From Ancylonema sp. (Eukaryota): DNA of 64,000 bases. The notes under the pieces were generated by a model. That model was not told the DNA's origin. It did no database searches and saw nothing but the letters and a program-made list of their open reading frames with translations. Shown here in pieces: positions 60,201 through 64,000 of the stretch. The DNA lies in NCBI GenBank assembly GCA_050230475.1, contig JBFLGF010000011.1, forward strand, positions 1 through 64,000, given 5' to 3'. A program made the translations under genes and the position numbers. Numbering within the stretch: position 1 is the stretch's first letter; each line of letters starts with the position of its first letter.

Positions 60201-62742
60201 GACCACGAGGAAGTTGCACGTGCAAAAGCATAGAGCGAGCCCTGTCTTGCAACGTACGATTCATGCGCTTTGTGATTGCATTGCCTTGAGGAGTGTTTGG
60301 CGGAGTTGTCTCATGTCTGATGCCTCTATTTTTGAGCCACTTCTGCAGATCACCATCGATAAACTCACCTCCTCGATCTGATCTCAGATTTTTAACAGGT
60401 TTCCCAGCTTGTCTTTTCCAGATTGCGATCCATTGCTTCAGACGAGGAGCTGCATCATCTTTGGTGCGAAGTATTTCCACCCAGGATTTTCGACTGTGTT
60501 CATCGACGAGCACCATGTTGTACACTCCTCCCCCTATTGATGCTGGATTTGAACGGCCTTGCCAAGTCCACCGACACTCTTCCTAGGCAGACTTGTTCTC
60601 CTGCACCACCTTCTCGTCGAGGATGAGGTTTGTCGTGTGCCTTCCCCAGCTTGCACCCTTCACAATTTTGCAGAACTCCTGAGATGCCTCCTTCCAGTCC
60701 TCGTACAAAGATGTTGTCGTGCCACATTTTTGAGCACTCTCTCATTTGCCATGCCCAAGTCTTGTGTGCAGGAGGTTGATTTCGGACAGTAGCTACAACA
60801 ACGCTTCCCCTTTAGTAAGTTGCTGATGTCGAACCCGTGTGCAGATGAGAGTTTTTCGACCTGTCGATGTTTCTTGCAGAGTGCAGACTTGTTGTCCAGA
60901 TTTGCTGTAAACTGGAATGATGCCACCGGCTTTTCCACTGCAAGTGTAAGACCACCCTGCTTCTCTAGCTTTCTGACCGGTGAACAAATTAATGCGCATC
61001 CCAGGAATGTACAAACATTTCTTGAGAGTTACTCCTCCACACTCTCCCTCAATATTCAGCTCAATTGTTCCCCACTGCTTCACTCGCACACTTCCGACCA
61101 GATGATGCATGATGACCTCGTGTGGAATGTCTTCGAGGATTTTGAAAGGATTTTTCTGCCCACAGGAATGGTGACTGGAACCAATCGTCGAAAAGGAAAT
61201 CTTTCTCTGCATCATCATCATCTGCAACATTTCCTCACAGATTTCAGCGATGACAACTTCTCCATGACCACAACTCTCCTCCTCATCGATTTCACCAACG
61301 AAAGTTGTTTTTCTCCCAGTGCGTACCCCTTTTCTCTGCATTCGTGGAGCTTCGTTTTTCTTGTCGAAACATGTGAATTCCACATGACCAATGGCTCCAC
61401 AATATCGCCATTCTTCGTTTTTCTTGGAGCAGTCTCTGCTGTAGTGACCTGTCTCTCCACAAGTATAGCAGGAATGTCCTCCACTTGATCCACTGCTTCC
61501 ACCTCTGCCTCCACGACCACCTCTGATTCCACGATTATCTGCCGAATACCCCCTGAATGTACCCCTGCCTCCACGATTGTCGATACCACCACCTCTGCCC
61601 TGGCTTGATTTTTTTTGTTGCGCTGACCACTTTGCATAGTTTGCCTCTACAACTAGTGCCTTAGCATCTTTGACATCTTTTTCTTTCTTGTCGTGCAGCT
61701 CATCCATTCCCATCTGCCCCAAGATCCAGCTGATCCCAGGTGCCTCTTTCTGTCTATAGTAAAGCTTCTTCAACATGCCGTATTTTGTTCTTGACATGCC
61801 AGCAAACAATGCCATCACCTGGTCTTCTGCGCTGACTGGAATTTTTTGATGTACACACTCTCTGATGATCGACAAAAAGGTATTCTTGATTTCTCTGACT
61901 GGCATCTTTTCATCAATCTTGAAAGAGTTCAGCTTTTCTTTTGCAATCTGTCGAAGTTCTGGAGATACCTTGTCATACTCCTCTGTCAGATAGTCCCACA
62001 TCGCCTTTGGATCTCGTTCAAATTGTTCAAGTGATGTAGCGATGTCGTCACTGACAAGTGCATGAGTAGCATGACTGCCTTCTTTGATCTTTTGCGGAAG
62101 CTTCACATCAAGTGTATACTGCTCCATTTTTGCTTCATTTGTTGGCCAGTGTTCTCGTATCTGGCTGTATCAGTTGGAATATTCTCTGTTCCTTTGCAGA
62201 TCTCAAAGCACTCGGCATCATCAAGAGTAGCTGAGGCCTTAGATCTCCATGCTTGAAAGGTAACTTTATCTCCGTCCAGAATGCACTACCGTGCTCTGAT
62301 ACTATTGTGAGAACTTTCTTCTGCCATCGATGCAAGAATAAAATTCACTTCTTCTTCATCTCTTTAAATCAAGCAGATCACGTCATTACAAACGTTGACA
62401 CAACAAAAGTGCAAGTTTGAAGTAGAAAGTATTGATTGCAGAATTCAGCATGCAAGCTCAGACCTAGTACAGTCGATTGCTGCCTAGTCAAAGAATCTAC
62501 TGCTATCGAAACTACTTCGTCAACTGCCAATCATATCTAAGCATTTGCCACATTAACTAATTCTTATCGACACTTATGCGAGATGGCCAAGTAATCATTG
62601 AAACAAGGACATCGGCCTGCAGCCAGCCGGTGCAGCGTGCCTGCAGCCTGCATTTGCTGAATAACGACAAAACTAAAGCTAAATTTCCGGTATTGCTAAA
62701 ATCGATATAACGACAAAAGTTCACAGCCCCTAAAAACTAACA
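57243..62742 (-). mobile_element. Full-length degenerate Ty1/Copia; 5' LTR 62306-62742, 3' LTR 57297-57708, plus an extra PBS/leader segment 57243-57296
   Basis: gag with CYTCGETGHYSRDC knuckle (62127-60793), integrase LRSDRGGEF, RT KARIVAKGF/QMDVTTAFL/YVDN and RNase H GDNESS. PPT at 57709-57718, mutated PBS TAGTATCAGAGC at 62304-62293, several stops and frameshifts. Confidence 0.96.
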
Positions 62743-64000
62743 AATATAACTGACAGTTTTCGTGAAAGAGTGAACGTGTCTTGTAAGGTGGTTGGACATA
62801 CGATTTTTTTGGGCATTACTGCACAATGCACAAGATAATTCATTCACGAAAGTACCCAAAATGTAGACATAAGTTACCTTACTACCGCCGTTCCAGCATT
62901 GGAGCCCCTAAGGAAGAATCGGACGGCCCCGGGTTCGCGGTTCGTGCAACTATGCCGTCTCATTAAAATCTCAACCTGTGGTAATATTTACGCCAAGCTT
63001 TGTGTGACAAGCCAAGCTTTGTGTCTACAAACCCTTTCAAGGTGCCCTTTGACCACCAACCCCATCTCACATCGTCATGTCTCCCGCAATCGTTGCTCCA
63101 AGAGAAATCCCCTACAATTCCGAAATTCTGAAATTCCGAAAATTCCGAAATAAATTCCAAACGTATCCTACCACCGCCGACATTATGGTCTACGAAGATA
63201 GACCTCGGTCAGGAATCGGGACCTCGGAACTCCCGTTGGCCGGTCTGTGCCCCTTCAATGCAAGCTACAGAGGACCGGACCACTATGAGTTTTGCCATAT
63301 GTGTAATCACAGAATCGTACATATGAAAATAGTGAATAAATTATATCTCTGATGAAAATAGTACATAATACCTCCTATCGGTGTCACAACTTTGCATCAA
63401 ATGAAAAATCCAAATGGGGTAAAATGAACAATAGACCAGGCACATGTATGACAAACTAACCAGATAAGGTTGTCTACCCAAGGTATGACTCGTCAACCCT
63501 ATTTTTGTAAACGCGAAGAGCAAGTACATAATGCCAAGGCCTTCTCGTCGTCTTTTAGTCGCCAGACCAGTCTGCGTCCCCAGTTTGCACATCTGAATGC
63601 AAACGTCGGATAACGGATAAATGTTGCACACAAAATGTTGCATTTCGTTACGTAAAATCCTCTCCGTATCCCACTATACGGATACATCCCTACGCATGCA
63701 AAGTCGTCTGAAAATTATATTTTATTCTGAGGCTCTACTCCACACGCAGAGGAGCACACCTAACCACATTCACATACAGAAAACCACTTTGCACAACCGG
63801 ATTTGATAATGGCTTCAACATCCAAGAAATCTTTCCCCAAAGCTCTAAAAGTTGCAGCGTTGAAACGACTTCTAATCATGTTGCTGGTGTGACTATGCTT
63901 TCCAGAAATGCGGGGACATTACCCTCGGCACAATCAAAGGCCAACAACTTTTCCACCAATGCCTGCGCGACACGAAACATACCTCAAAGGTCAATATCTG

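Noticed and set aside
63077..64000. Short ORFs at the window end
   Set aside because: Only MITE-like subterminal motifs near 63200-63250 are recognisable, with no supported coding region.

Overview
Eukaryotic nuclear DNA, most likely a streptophyte alga or other non-seed green plant (inferred from protein families, GT-AG introns and a GRXS17 with WCEPC plus two Grx domains). Five intact genes were assembled by hand from the sequence: SEC23 (minus, 15 exons), GRXS17 (plus, 4 exons), a RIOX/NO66-type JmjC oxygenase (minus, 4 exons), a LYR-motif protein (plus, 1 exon) and TRM11 (minus, 6 coding exons). There is also a SEC14/CRAL-TRIO pseudogene and a degraded spliced orphan gene. The rest is mostly transposon DNA: two near-complete degenerate Ty1/Copia elements, Copia and probable Gypsy fragments, hAT-type MITEs with 8-bp TSDs, and TA-targeting Tc1/pogo-type MITEs. 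The most unusual observations are: a Copia whose 3' LTR is followed by a second PBS and gag start, inside a possible TSD; a Copia with no gag; a hAT MITE family inserted twice into a copy of itself; and SEC23/TRM11 introns with G-runs, C-runs and G4T4-like repeats next to splice sites. I found no clear-cut new biological system, and no RNA genes or CRISPR arrays. All calls are by eye, with no database searches.
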